Shown in pieces: positions 52,163 through 64,000 of a stretch of 64,000 nt of DNA. The notes under the pieces are model-generated. The model was not told the DNA's origin. It saw only the letters and a program-made list of their open reading frames with translations, and made no database searches. Both the position numbers and the translations under genes were made by a program. Source of the stretch: Sphyrna mokarran (lineage: Eukaryota); NCBI GenBank assembly GCA_024679065.1, contig JAGIQG010000013.1, forward strand, positions 19,096,001-19,160,000, given 5' to 3'. Position 1 is the stretch's first letter, and the number at the start of each line of letters is the position of its first letter.

Positions 52163-53083
52163 CAGTCAGAAGTTTCACAACACCAGGTTAATGTCTAGTA
52201 GGTTTATTTGGTTTTCAGAGTTTCAGGCTCCTTCTTCAGGTGAGGGGGGGATTTGTGTTCACAAACAGGGGACATACAGACACAAACTCAAGTTACAAGA
52301 TAACGTTGGAATGCAAGTCTTTGCAGGTAATCAAGTCTTAAAGATACAGACAATATGAATGGAGAGGAGTTAAGCACAAGTTAAAGAGATGTGTACTGTC
52401 TCCAGCTGGGACAGTTGATGAGATTTTGCAAACCCAGACATGTTGTCGGGATTACAGATAGTGTGACATGAACCCAAGATCCTGGTTGAGGCCGTCCACA
52501 TGTGCATGGCTATTAGTTTCTGCTCAGCGATTCTGTGTTGTGGTGAAGTCCGCCTTGGAGAACACTTACAGGAAGATCAGAGGCTGAATGGCCTGTGACT
52601 GCTGAAGTGTTCCCCGACAGGAAGAGAATACTCCTGCCTGGCAATTGTTCATTCACCCATTGCTGGCACATCTGCATGGTGTCCCCATTGTACCATGTTT
52701 CGGGACATCCTTTCCTGCAGCGTATCAGCTAGACAATCTTGGCTAAGTCACTAGTATATGTAATGTGTATCTGGTGGATGATGGTCTCATATGAGATGAT
52801 GGCATCCGAGTTGATGATCTGGCACATCTTGCAGAGGCTGGAGACAATACACATTTCTTTAACTTGTGCTTAACCCTCTCTCCACTCATTGTCTATACCT
52901 TTAAGACTTGATTACCTATAAAGACTCGCATTCCAACCATTATCTTGTAAATTGAGTTTGTGTCTGTATATGTGCCATGTTTGTGAACATAACTCTTCAC
53001 TCACCTGAAGAAGGAGCAAGAACTCCGAAAGCTAGTGCTACCAAGTAAACCTGTTGGACTTTAACCTGGTGTTGTGAGACTTA
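52163..53083. mobile_element. Penelope-like element with about 240-bp inverted terminal pLTR copies
   Basis: 52168-52408 is an imperfect reverse complement of 52836-53082; decayed GIY-YIG on - in between. Confidence 0.85.
53002..53037 (+). ncRNA. Minimal hammerhead ribozyme motif (Penelope pLTR)
   Basis: cac-CTGAAGA-a-ggag caagaa ctcc-GAAA-gc-ta-gtg. Confidence 0.7.
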
Positions 53084-53904
53084 TTAAGTTGTAGCAGAAA
53101 GTTAGACACAGGAAAGCCTGCTAAAGAAGTAGCATACTGCAAAGTGCCACCTGACTGGAACAGGCATCTAACTCTCATCTTGTGCAGATGGGTTGTCACA
53201 CTCTGCAGCATCAGTCTGAGGATTCCTCATCAGTGTTGTCGCCCTGTCGCTGAATATCCCTGCACGAAGTTTGGCTGGGGTGTGAAAAATGGTGACGCTA
53301 TCAGTGTTTGAGGACATCAGCATCACAACTTTGCTGTGGATAATAGGCAAACACTTGCAGGCTCCATGGGCAGAGTCACCAAATGAAAACATTGAGGGAG
53401 TGAAATCCCTTACAGGCCACTAATGACCCCTGGGTGCCTGTAAAGCCCTATTTGTGCAGTGGATGATTTTTTTGGACATGGGGGAATCGAGTCATAGCCC
53501 CAAAACCTCAAACTCTCTTGGCCTGACTGTCCTGATCTGTTGTAAACTTGACGGAGTTGTTCCTTCTCCAGAATCAGCCCTCAGTCACAGTCTTGATTCA
53601 GCATTGTGTTGCTGCCTGGGCAGTACCACACATATCTCCAGTTTCTTATCTGGAATGAGTTTGATGCATAGAAAGTCAGGGCCCACTGTGATATAGGGAG
53701 CCATTGTTATAGAGTCATAGAGATTTACAGTATGGAAGGAGGCCCTTCAGCCCAACTTGCCCACGCTGCTCTTTTTGCTGGCACTACCCCCCCCGCCCCC
53801 CGCAGTGTCTGCTATGCTCGGGAGTGTTAGGGTGGTTGCCAAGGTAACAGTGCCAGGTGGCTGTGCTGATGGCTGTGCCAGGAGTGGATCCTCTAGGGAG
53901 CCAC

Positions 53905-53909
<5 letters not shown>

Positions 53910-53947
<38 letters not shown>

Positions 53948-53958
53948 GGGGGGGGGGT
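53910..53958. repeat. (GT)n microsatellite plus G run; shorter (GT)n at 54819-54837
   Basis: seen directly. Confidence 0.95.
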
Positions 53959-56869
53959 GTTTTTCCCCTTGTGGTGAAGGGGTGGCTCTGCTGCTTATGT
54001 GAATAGAGGTTGCTTCAATAATTGAGAGAGGGGGTGAGTTTCCTATGTCTATGGGAGGTGGCGTTGGGTGGGGGGGGAATACCTTCTAACACTGGTCGGT
54101 GCACTCTTTAAAGATGGTGGTCTGCTCTTTGTGGAGCTGGCATTGTCTGCTCCATCAGGCCTGCCCTGCCCTGCTCCGCCAGTTTAACAGCAGAAAACAC
54201 ACCCCCAGCATAGAGCGAATGGAGTGCCAGAGAATCTAGACAAAACTCGCCTATGCAACTGGAGAGCTACATGCTGATTTTCTCACTGAACCTGACAAAT
54301 CATCAGCAGATTCCGCCCTCTGCTTCCCTCTCCACAGGTGCTGCTAGACCTGCTGTGCGCTGAGCCTTTTCAGAATTTTTCTGTCTTTACTCCAGGTTTC
54401 CAGCAGTATTTTGCTTTGATTTTAAAGCGCTGTGGATAAATAAGTTTACACATCGCTTTCAGTGAAGCAGCAGGAGTAACGGTGAGGAGGTTGATGACGG
54501 AATGAACGCTCCTGCCTTTAATTTAAATATATTAAAATAAATTTAAATGGGGAGGGGGGGAGGGAGGAGTTTCCCTGCCATATGATACCCGCAGGTGGGA
54601 AATTACCCCCTTTCGCCAACATGACATTGCGTTGGCGAGGTTTAGAACAGTTTATGCAAAATGGGAAGCTGTCGAAGGGAGTACGCAAGGGGCACAACGG
54701 TTAATATAGCTCACAAACTAACCTGGCACTGCCTCCCTGGCACTATGACTCCTGGCAGTGCCCACCAAATTAGGGACTGTCAGAGTGGATGCAGAAAAGC
54801 TGAGGGTTTGATTTTAACTGTGTGTGTGTGTGTGTGTGGATGGGTTTTGGGTCAGTTCAAATTGAGTCTGATGGGCCAAATGGCTGATCACAGCAACTTG
54901 GCTGTCAAACAATCCTTGCCAGGTAGAAGGGGAAGCAGTGGTATTTTAACCTGACAGGCTGAGTAGCTGATTAAAAAAAAATTTATTTAATCAATGGAGT
55001 TTTCTAAAATTCATTTTAACAATAGATTTATTTCAGTAATCAATACAAGGCACCACACCTTCAGAAAGTAGCACAGTAAGCCTGGTCAACAATATAAAAT
55101 TACCAGGCACATTGTGCAGATCAGTGTGACACAAACTGTTGTTAGGCAACCGGTTTCAAGATAACATCAAGCACATTCCACATAGCTTTGCTGATGAATT
55201 TGTTCTGTCAATTTATAAATGGTGCTGCCAAGTAAACCTGTCAGACTTTAACCTAGTGTTGTGAGACTTCTTAATGTGCCCGCCCCAGACCAACGCTGGC
55301 ATCTCCACATCATGACTCCCCATTACCACCAGTGCCAGTCTTCAGCCTCTTCCATTCACTCCGTGTGACATTATTAGGAAGGCAATGGTCAGGAATCTCC
55401 CAAAAAAATTCTAAATGCCCAGCTTACGTAAAAGCTGGACGAACGCTAGCTGTTTTTTTTTGCAGTGGGGTTTTCAAAGTGCATCTTCCACATTCTGCCG
55501 AGTGCCTCAGGGAGATTCACGCCGAAAACCAGGGGCAGGGCCTACTCTCACTGGAAAGTCCACTGGAAAGTGGCACCGAGCGGGGCCACTGTGCATGTGC
55601 TAATCTCCGCTACGACAGATCAGCACATGCGCAATGTTGGCCTCCAATCACTGGCCAGCCCTGCAGCAACTCAACATTGGCTGTGCAACCCCACTCCCCC
55701 CACCCTCAGATTGCTGGCCTCCCAGATGTCTTCCTATGTTTTCACTCACCCCTATACTAGCCCTGATTCCTCCCTCACACCTCCCCGACAGTCCTGACCT
55801 CCCAGCCTCAATGGCCAGCCTTGATCAACTCTTTCCCTCTGTCTGACTGAGAGTGGGAGCGGGAACCCGCTAACTAAAACTAAAACAATTACAGACCCAT
55901 TAGCCTGTTCCTAGCCATTGGTAAAGAGATGTAATGGGTCATTATTAGAACAGCATGTTGAGATATTCTGGGATAGGAAGATTTGAGGGCTGAAAACTTT
56001 AAGTTTAAGCCTATTTATTAGTGTCACAAATAGGCTTACATTAACACTGCAATGAAGTTACTGTGAAAATCCCCTAGTTGTCATACTCTGGCACCTGTTT
56101 GAGTACACTGAAGAAGAATTTAGCACAGCCAATGCACCTAACCAGCAGGTCTTTTGGACTGTGGAGGAAAACGAGCACCCGAAGGAAACCCACACAGACA
56201 CAGGGAGAACGTGCAGACTCCGCACAGACAGTAACCTAAGTTGGGAATCGGATCTGAATCCCTGGTGCTATGAAGTAGCGGTGCTAACTACTGTGCCATC
56301 ATGCTATTCCCCCAAGAAGGGAGTCACCAGCTATCAAGATCAGCATCATTGTTGGCTGTAAAGACCTGGCCCAGTAATTTACTCGAATAATGAGTAAATT
56401 CGAGTAAATGAGTGGCATTGGACACAAGTGAGAAGAGAAATGCTCTCAAAGGTCATATGAATGTTATACTATTGAAAAGATCAGGTACTGAATATTTGAG
56501 TTGAGTGGCTTGCCCCCTGACCCACAGAGTCTTTCCATCACCTACACTGCCCAAGGTAGGAAAGTCTACCCTTTTTTCTCTTCGTACAGCAAATGAATAT
56601 TTAGATATTTTTATGGGTAAGAATGTGACTGGCATAATGTGGGATATAGCTGAATAAGGCAATCAGTTACGGTTACACTGACTCAGCTCAGAAATTTAAC
56701 AATGTGTAGTTAAATGTCCATTGTGAATCATTGTTAGCTCTCGCAATGATTGAAAGCGTTAATCAGTAAGTAAATAATTTTATATTGGGCGCAAAGTCAC
56801 ACAGAAATGAGCATAATTATATCATAAGCATTGCTTGTCACTGAACTAAAAGACATACCTCTATTTACA

Positions 56870-57340
56870 GATTTGATTTGATTTGATTTGATTTATTTTT
56901 GTCACATGTATTAACATACAGTGAGAAGTATTTTCTTGCGTGCTATACAGACAAAACATAGCATTGCTAAAGAAGGAAAGGAAAATGTACAGAATGTAAT
57001 GTTACAGTCATAGCTAGAGTCTAGAGAAAGATCAACTTAATGTGAGGTACTTCCATTCAAAAGCCTGATGGCAGGAGGAAGATTCTGTTCTTGTGTCGGT
57101 CGGTATGTGACTTCAGACTTTTGTATCTTTTTCCTGATGGAAGAAGGTGGAAGCGGAAATATCTGGTGTGTATGGAGTCCTTAATTACGCTGCTGCTTTG
57201 CTGAGACAGTGGGAAATGTAAACTGAGTCAATGGATTGGAAGCTGATTTGCGTGATGGATTGGGCTACATTCATGATCAAGAGCCACACCAAGCTGTGAT
57301 ACAATCATATGGTGCATCTGTGAAAGGTGGTGAGAGGGTG
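56870..57340 (-). mobile_element. Rex1/Babar LINE 3' fragment with (caaat)n tail
   Basis: aligns by eye to 21679-22100. Confidence 0.78.
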
Positions 57341-58651
57341 ATAAAGTTGCAAACCAAAAGAGAAGCAAACCATTGAGGCAATGACTTGTTTATATATTTT
57401 TTATTTTACTTTAACGTCACACAAATCCTCCTGTTCTAGTCAATACTGTAAGAAACTACAACAGACATTAACAAATGTGCAGAATTAGTATGTTATTGGC
57501 AAATGAATTTCAACAGGATGAGTGTGGATTATCTTGGTATTAATGATGAGGAATCACATATTACTTAAAAAATGGAAACTTGAATAGGATAGAGGAGGGT
57601 ATGGAATACAAATCATTAAAAGCAGCGACATAGCTTAATAAGGTATAATATTTTAAAGTTTATTAGTCATAAGAGTTACATTAACACTGCAATGAAGTTA
57701 TTGTGAAATTCCTCTGGTTGCCATAATTCAGTGCCTGCGCAGGTCAATGCACCTAATAAGCACGTCTTTCAGAATGTGGGAGGAAACCCATGCAGACATG
57801 GGGAGAATATGCAACTCCACACATACAGTGACCCAAGCTGGGAACCGAACCAAGATCCCTGGTGCTGTGAAGCAGCAGTGCCAGCCACTGTGCTATCGTG
57901 CTGCTGCTTTCTGTAGCCATGCAGATCAACATTGGGATGGCGCAATTTTTGTTTATCACCTCATCTGTAAAATTTTATGTTAGCCTGCATGACTGCAGCA
58001 TCGATTCTCTGTTAGTCAATCTATCTGGAGCTGCTTAGCCAATAACATGACGCGGGCAGGCACACTGTTTATTAAAAGGAGGCTATCCACCGGCTCTCGT
58101 ACCAGAGAGAAAACCAGTCTTCAACAGAGCAGCAGGCCAGCAGGAGCTCCCCCCGCCTCCCCAACCCTCCCACTGGTATTGATTCTGCACTGGGAGCTCT
58201 GGTCACTGAGGTGGACTTCAGGAGGGAGGCAATGTTTCCCCGGGTGGGATAGGAAGCCCTTCAGATTCATCTTGAAGAGGAAATGGGACCACATGACTGT
58301 TGTCTGGTGTTACAGATGTGGCAATGAAACAGGGAGAGAAAGAATGGCATCAGGCAGGTGATCAGACTGTTTTATTTCAGGGTAGCGTCCATTCGTAGCA
58401 TTCTGCCATGCGCTCTTTTTCAGCACCAATGATGCTTGGGGTACCCTTGGCGGTGTTGTGTGGCCCACACTCAGTAAACAATGACAGGCCTTGTGCTATG
58501 GCGACACCGCTGTGTCAGCCAATTTTATGCTCACAGGAGTTTCTATTTGTTGGAATATCAAATAGTCGTCAATATAAGATAGTTTCAAAATGGTGTAAAC
58601 GAGCATTTGAACATTTTGAATAATGCACCTTACAGTCTTTGAATAAACTGT

Positions 58652-58779
58652 TTATAAGTAATACGATTGCTCTGGACCAAGCAGAGAGTAGATGACGGTA
58701 TCATCAGTGTTCGGTTGCTCTCTCCCACTTTGGCTACTGTCAGGCACGGCTGATTCCTTTGTCCGTGAAACCATTTTTT
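58652..58779 (-). CDS. Orphan terminal exon encoding an ITIM-bearing cytoplasmic tail (unidentified receptor gene extending beyond the window)
   Basis: ttcctgtttggcttgtttcag acceptor, phase 1; KMVSRTKESAVPDSSQSGREQPNTDDTVIYSLLGPEQSYYL-stop; AATAAA at 58376-58371 and 58073-58068. Confidence 0.55.
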
Positions 58780-58917
58780 CTGAAACAAGCCAAACAGGAA
58801 ATTTCTCAGAGAAGCTCAATAGACAAAACAACAGCAAAGGTTACAGCTCATTAATACAGGTCAACTTCAGTATGGAGAGATTGCTTTAAAATGTAAGCTA
58901 GATAAATTAATTTATTC

Positions 58918-59400
58918 TTATTTGATTTGATTTAATTTATTATTGTCACATGTACTAACGTGCAGTGAAAAGGATTGTTTCTTGCGCGCTATAAAGAGAA
59001 AACATAACATTCGTAGAGAAGGAAATGAGAGGGTGCAGAATGTAGTGTTACAGTCACAGCTAGGGTGTTGAGAAAAATCAACTTAATGCAAGGGAAGTCC
59101 ATTCAAAAGCCTGACAGCAGCAGGGAAGAAGCTGTCTTGAATTTGTTGGTATGTGACCTCAGACTTTTGTACTTTTTTCCCGATGGAAAAAAGTGGAAGA
59201 GAGAATGTGTCTGGGGTGTAGGGTCTGTAATTTTTCTGGCTGCTTTAATGAGGAAGCAGAAATGTAGCCAAAGTCAATAGATGGGAGGCTGGTTGGCATG
59301 ATGGATTGGGCTACATTTACAACCTTTTGTAGTTTTTTTGCTGTGCTGGGCAGAGCAGGAGTCATACCAAGCTGCGATACAATCAGAAAGAATGCTTTCA
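58918..59400 (-). mobile_element. Rex1/Babar LINE 3' fragment
   Basis: KKLQKVVNVAQSIMPTSLPSID; same 3' UTR. Confidence 0.78.
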
Positions 59401-60249
59401 TTTATGGGAAATGGGCGTAACTGGCTAAGCCAGCATCTATTCCCATCTCTAGTTGTCCTGGGAAAGAGGTAGTGAGCTGCCTTCTTGAACTGCTGCAGTC
59501 CATATGGTTTAGATATACACAGTGCTGTTAAGGCAGAGAGTTAGAGAATTCTGACCATGTTGGTGGTGTGGTGTATTAGGCAGCAATATTAGAAAGAAAG
59601 AAACTGCAACAGCTAGAAACCTGAAATGAAAAGACAAAACTGTAAATAGACAATAAGACAATCAACATATGCAAAGATAGAAGAGAAGTAAGATGTTTCT
59701 TGTGTGTACACGTCATTAGATCATCTGATTGAATGTGATGGGTACTTGAATAAGGTTTGAAAAATCAGGGAGAAGAGGAGTTATATTAAAACAGAGATTC
59801 AGTAATTTTGGGTGGCACAGTGGTTAGCATTGCTGCATTACAGCACCAGGGATACAGATTCAATTCCGGCTTCAAATGACTGAGTGTGTGGAGTTTGCAC
59901 GTTTTCCCCGTGTCTGTGTGGGTTTTTTCCGGGTGCTGTGGTTTCCTCCCACAGTCGAAAAATGTGCAGATGAGGTTGATTGGCCATGCTAAATTACCAG
60001 TCTCTAGAATGCAGAAGAAGGCCATTCAGCCCATCAGGCCTGCAGCAACAACCACCCCACATAATTACCCTGCTAATACCTCAGATAACAAAGGGCAATT
60101 TAGAATGGGCAATTCACCTCATCTGCACATCTTTACGTTGGCACAGTGCGTCACTCACCTGATGAAGGGGCAATGCTCCAAAAGCTCATGTTACCAAATA
60201 AACCTGTTGGACTTTAACATGGAATAGGCACAGTAAGTAGTCTCACAGA

Positions 60250-62040
60250 TAAGGCAAAGGAGAATCTAAAGAGCTTCTACAAATACATAAAGGGCAAAAG
60301 AGTAACAAGGGAGAGAATAGGATCTGTTAAGGATCAACAAGGTCATCTATATGTGCATCCATAAGAGATGGGTGAGACCCTAAATGAGTATTTCTCATCA
60401 GTATTTATTATTGAGAAAAGCATGGAAGTTAGGGAACTTGGGGAAATAAATAGTCATGTCTTGAGGAGTATACATATTACAGAGAAAGAGGTACTGGAAG
60501 CCTTAAAGCGATGTGCTTTAGATAAACCCCCCGAACCTGATGAAGGATATTCCAGGACATTGTGGAAAGCTAGGCAGGAAATTGCAGGTCCCCTAGCCGA
60601 AATATTTGAATCGTCAATAGTCATAGGTGAGGTGCCTGAAGATTGGAGAGTGGCAAATGTTGTGCCTTTGTTTAAAAGGGCTGCAGGAAAAAGCTTGGGA
60701 ACTACAGGCCAGTAAGCTTTACATCTGTGGTGGAGAAGTTGTTGGAAGGTATTTTGAAAGATAAGATCTCCAGGCGTATAAAGATGCAAGAACTGATTAA
60801 GGGCAGTCAGCATAGCTTTGTGAGTGGAAAATCATGTCTCACAAATTTAATTGCATTTTTTGAAGGGATAACCAAGAAGGAAGATGAGGGCAGTGCAGCT
60901 GATGTCTACGTGGACTTTAGCAAGACCTTTGACAAGGTACCACTTGGTAGGTTGTTGCATAAAATTAAATCTCCCAGGATGCACGGTAAAATATCTAAGT
61001 TGATACAAAATTGGTTCTTGACAGAAGCCAGGGGATGTTTGTAGAGAGTTGTTTTTCAAACTGCAGGCCTGTGGCCAACAATGTGCCTCAGGGTTCAGTG
61101 CTGGGTCCACTGTTATTTGTCATTTATATTAATGATATGAATGAGAATATAGAGGGCATGTTTAGTAAGTTTGCAGATGACACAAAGATTGGTGGCACAA
61201 TGGACAGTGAAGAAAGTTATCTCCAGTTGCAACGAGATCTTAATCAATTGGGCAAGTGGGCTGACGAATGGCAGATAGACAAATGTGCGAGGTGATGTAT
61301 TTTGATAGATTGAACCAGGGCAGGACTTACTCAACTAATGGTAGGGCACTGGGGAGAGTTACAGAATAAAGAGATCTAGGGATACTTGTTCACAGTTCCC
61401 TGAAAGTGGAGTCACAGGTGGACAGAGTGGTGAAGAAGGCATTTGGCATGCTTGATTTCATCGGTCAGAACATTGAATATAGGAATTGGGATATCTTGTT
61501 GAAGTTGTACAGGAAATTAGTAAGGCCACACTTGAAATACTGTGTGCAATTCTGGTCACCCTATTATAAAAGCATATTATTTAATCATAAAGAGTGCAGA
61601 AAAGATTTACTAGGATGCTAGCAGGACTTGATGGATTGAGTTATAAGGAGAGGCTGAATAGACTGGGACTCTTTTCTTTGGAGCTTAGGAGGCTGAGGGG
61701 TGATCTTATAGAGATCTATAAAATAATAAGAGGCATAGACAAGGTAGAGTGTCAATATCTTTTCCCAAAGGTAGGAGAGTTTAAAACTAGAAGTTTTATG
61801 GTGAGAGGGGAGAGATACAAAAATGTCCAAAGGAGCAGTTTTTTCACACGGAGGGAACAAGCTGCCAGAGATAGTAGTAGAGGCAGCTACAATTTTATCT
61901 TTTAAAAAGCATTTAAACAGTTACGTAGATAAGAAGGGCCAAATACCAGCAATTGGAATTAGCTTTGGGGTTTTAAAAAAAGGACCAACATGGACAAGTT
62001 GGACCGAAGGACCTGTTTCCATGCTGTAAACCTCTATGAC
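60250..62040 (+). mobile_element. Degenerate CR1 ORF2 3' half
   Basis: EDWRVANVVPLFK, PQGSVLGPLLFVIYIND, FADDTK, CR1-type tail. Confidence 0.9.
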
Positions 62041-63084
62041 TATGACCCCAGACCAACGCCAGCAACTCTATATCTTTGGGCTGTGGGAGGAAACCAGGAT
62101 ACCCGGAGGAAACCCACACAGACATGGAGAGAATGTGCAAACTCACACAGACAGTCACAGGAGGCTGGAATTGAACCTGGGCCTCTGGCGTGTGAGATAA
62201 CAGTGCTAATCACTGTGCCACCATGCTGCCCATGAGATGCTGTAGGTCATCAGCAGCTGCAGTATTGTACTCAATCACAATCTGTAACCATACATCTTTT
62301 AGGATAATAAGGACCTTCGAAGTGGCTTAGCAAGCCAATCAGTTACCTTTGACACAGAAAGAAACATCCCTTAATATTTTCCCAGAAATATAAAGAAAAG
62401 AATGCTGAGTCAAAGGAAGAGGAGGGCTGATGCATTGCCTTATCAAAGAAATGAATTATAAAGAGGGAAGTGGAGAAGCTTGTGGAAGAGATTCTAAACA
62501 ATGTTGGCACAGTGGTTAGCACTGCTGTCTCACAGCACCAGAGGCCCAGGTTCAATTCCCAGCTTGGGTCACGGTCTGTGCAGAGTCTGCACATTTTCCC
62601 TGTATCTGTGTGGGTTTCTGATTTCTTTCTATAGATCTGTGGGTTCGGTGGATTGGCCGTGCTAACTGATCTGAGTGTCAGGGGGATTAGCAGGGTAAAT
62701 GTGTGGGGTTACGGGAATAGGGACCTGGGTGGGATTGTGGTCAGTTTGGACAATATGGACTGAATAGTCTCCTTCTGCACTGCAGGGATTCTATAAATGG
62801 GATCGAGATGGCTGGAGCAGTACTGGTACAATCTCTAAGTAACGTCATGGCCAGAGAATATCATTTGTTCAGATAGATTTTGTTTCGATGATTGTGCCAG
62901 GCCAGAATCTGATTGGAGCGATTCATATAGCGAGCTGTTTGAAAACTGGTCACGGATTTGGAAGCTTTGGTGAAAAGACAGAAAAATTATGGACAGAAAC
63001 TCATTTTTTAGCAGCAACAGTTTAACATGAAATTGCATAGGCAAAGATGACAATGATATAGAATGATATTCCAGTATATATTAC

Positions 63085-64000
63085 AAAGAATAAAGAAAAT
63101 TACAGTCTTTGGCCCTCCAAGCCTGCACTGACCATGCTGTGATTAATATAAAACCCCTTACCTTTCAGGGACCATATTGCTCTGTTCCCACCCCAATCAA
63201 GTATTTGTCAAAATGCCCCTTAAAAGTCACTACTGCATCTACTTCCACTACCTCCCCCAGCAACGAGTTTCAGGCACCTACCACCCTCTGCGTAAAAAAT
63301 CTGTCTCATACATCTCCTTTAAACTTTGTCCCTCACACCTTAAAGCTATGCCCCTAGTAATTAAATCTTCCACTCTGGGAAAAAGCTCCTAACTATCCAA
63401 CCTGTCCATGCCTCTCATAATCTTGTTGACTTTTATCAGGTCACCCCTCAACCTCCATCGTTCCAGTGAGAACAAACTAATTTTGTGCAACTTCTCCTCA
63501 TAGCTAATGCCCTCTATAACAGGCAACATCCTGGTAAATCTCTTCTGTACCTTTTCTAATGCCTCTACATCCTTCTGTGGCGACAAGAATTGAACACTAT
63601 ATTCCAAATGCAGCCTAACTAAGGTTCTATAAAGCTGCAACATGATTTGCCAATTTTTAAACCCAGTACCCTGGCCAATGAAACTAAACATGCTGTCTGC
63701 CTTCCTGACTACCTTCTCCAAATGCATTGCCACTTTCATTGACCTGTGCACTTGCACACCCAGATCCCTTTACCTATCAATACTCTTAAGGTTCTGCCAT
63801 TTACTGTATATTTCCTATCTGTATTAGATCTTCCAAAATGCATTACCTCCCATTTGTCAGGATTAAATTCCATCTGCCAACTCTCCGCCCAAGTCTCCAA
63901 ACGATCTATGCCCTGCTATATCCCCTGATGATCCTCATCGCTATCCACAAATCCACCAACCTTTGTGTCGTCCGCAAACTGACTAATCAAACCAGTTGCA
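63085..64000 (-). mobile_element. Degenerate CR1 3' part, continuing beyond the window
   Basis: LQLYRTLVRLHLEYSVQF..VQKRFTRML. Confidence 0.88.

Noticed and set aside
62292-62346. AG...GT bounded segment on - as another receptor exon
   Set aside because: Stops in all three frames
1-64000. CRISPR arrays, operons or other prokaryotic systems
   Set aside because: The sequence is intron-rich vertebrate DNA, and no regularly spaced repeat-spacer array was seen

Overview
This is vertebrate genomic DNA, almost certainly from a cartilaginous fish (shark or ray), judged from abundant HE1-like V-SINEs, CR1, Rex1/Babar and Penelope elements. The + strand carries the last six coding exons of CIP2A (2139-10411). 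Facing it on the - strand is a complete B7-family gene with leader-IgV-IgC-IgV-hydrophobic C-terminus, called as HHLA2/B7-H7: five coding exons at 41928/41955-17708, all introns phase 1, about 374-383 aa. No MYH15 lies between the two genes, unlike human. About 17 kb upstream of the HHLA2 start, on the same strand, is an orphan terminal exon (58779-58652) encoding an ITIM (VIYSLL), suggesting an unrecognised inhibitory receptor gene next to HHLA2. The HHLA2 leader exon has a 29-nt-periodic chain of AUGA stop-start uORFs, and the predicted protein lacks a cytoplasmic tail. The rest is nested transposon debris with informative junctions: a 51-bp locally templated capture, SINE tail swapping, a CR1/V-SINE chimera with a non-tRNA head, minimal hammerhead ribozymes and a solo LTR. 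Gene identities rest on recalled homology and exon-phase logic, not on database searches. Repeat boundaries are approximate.
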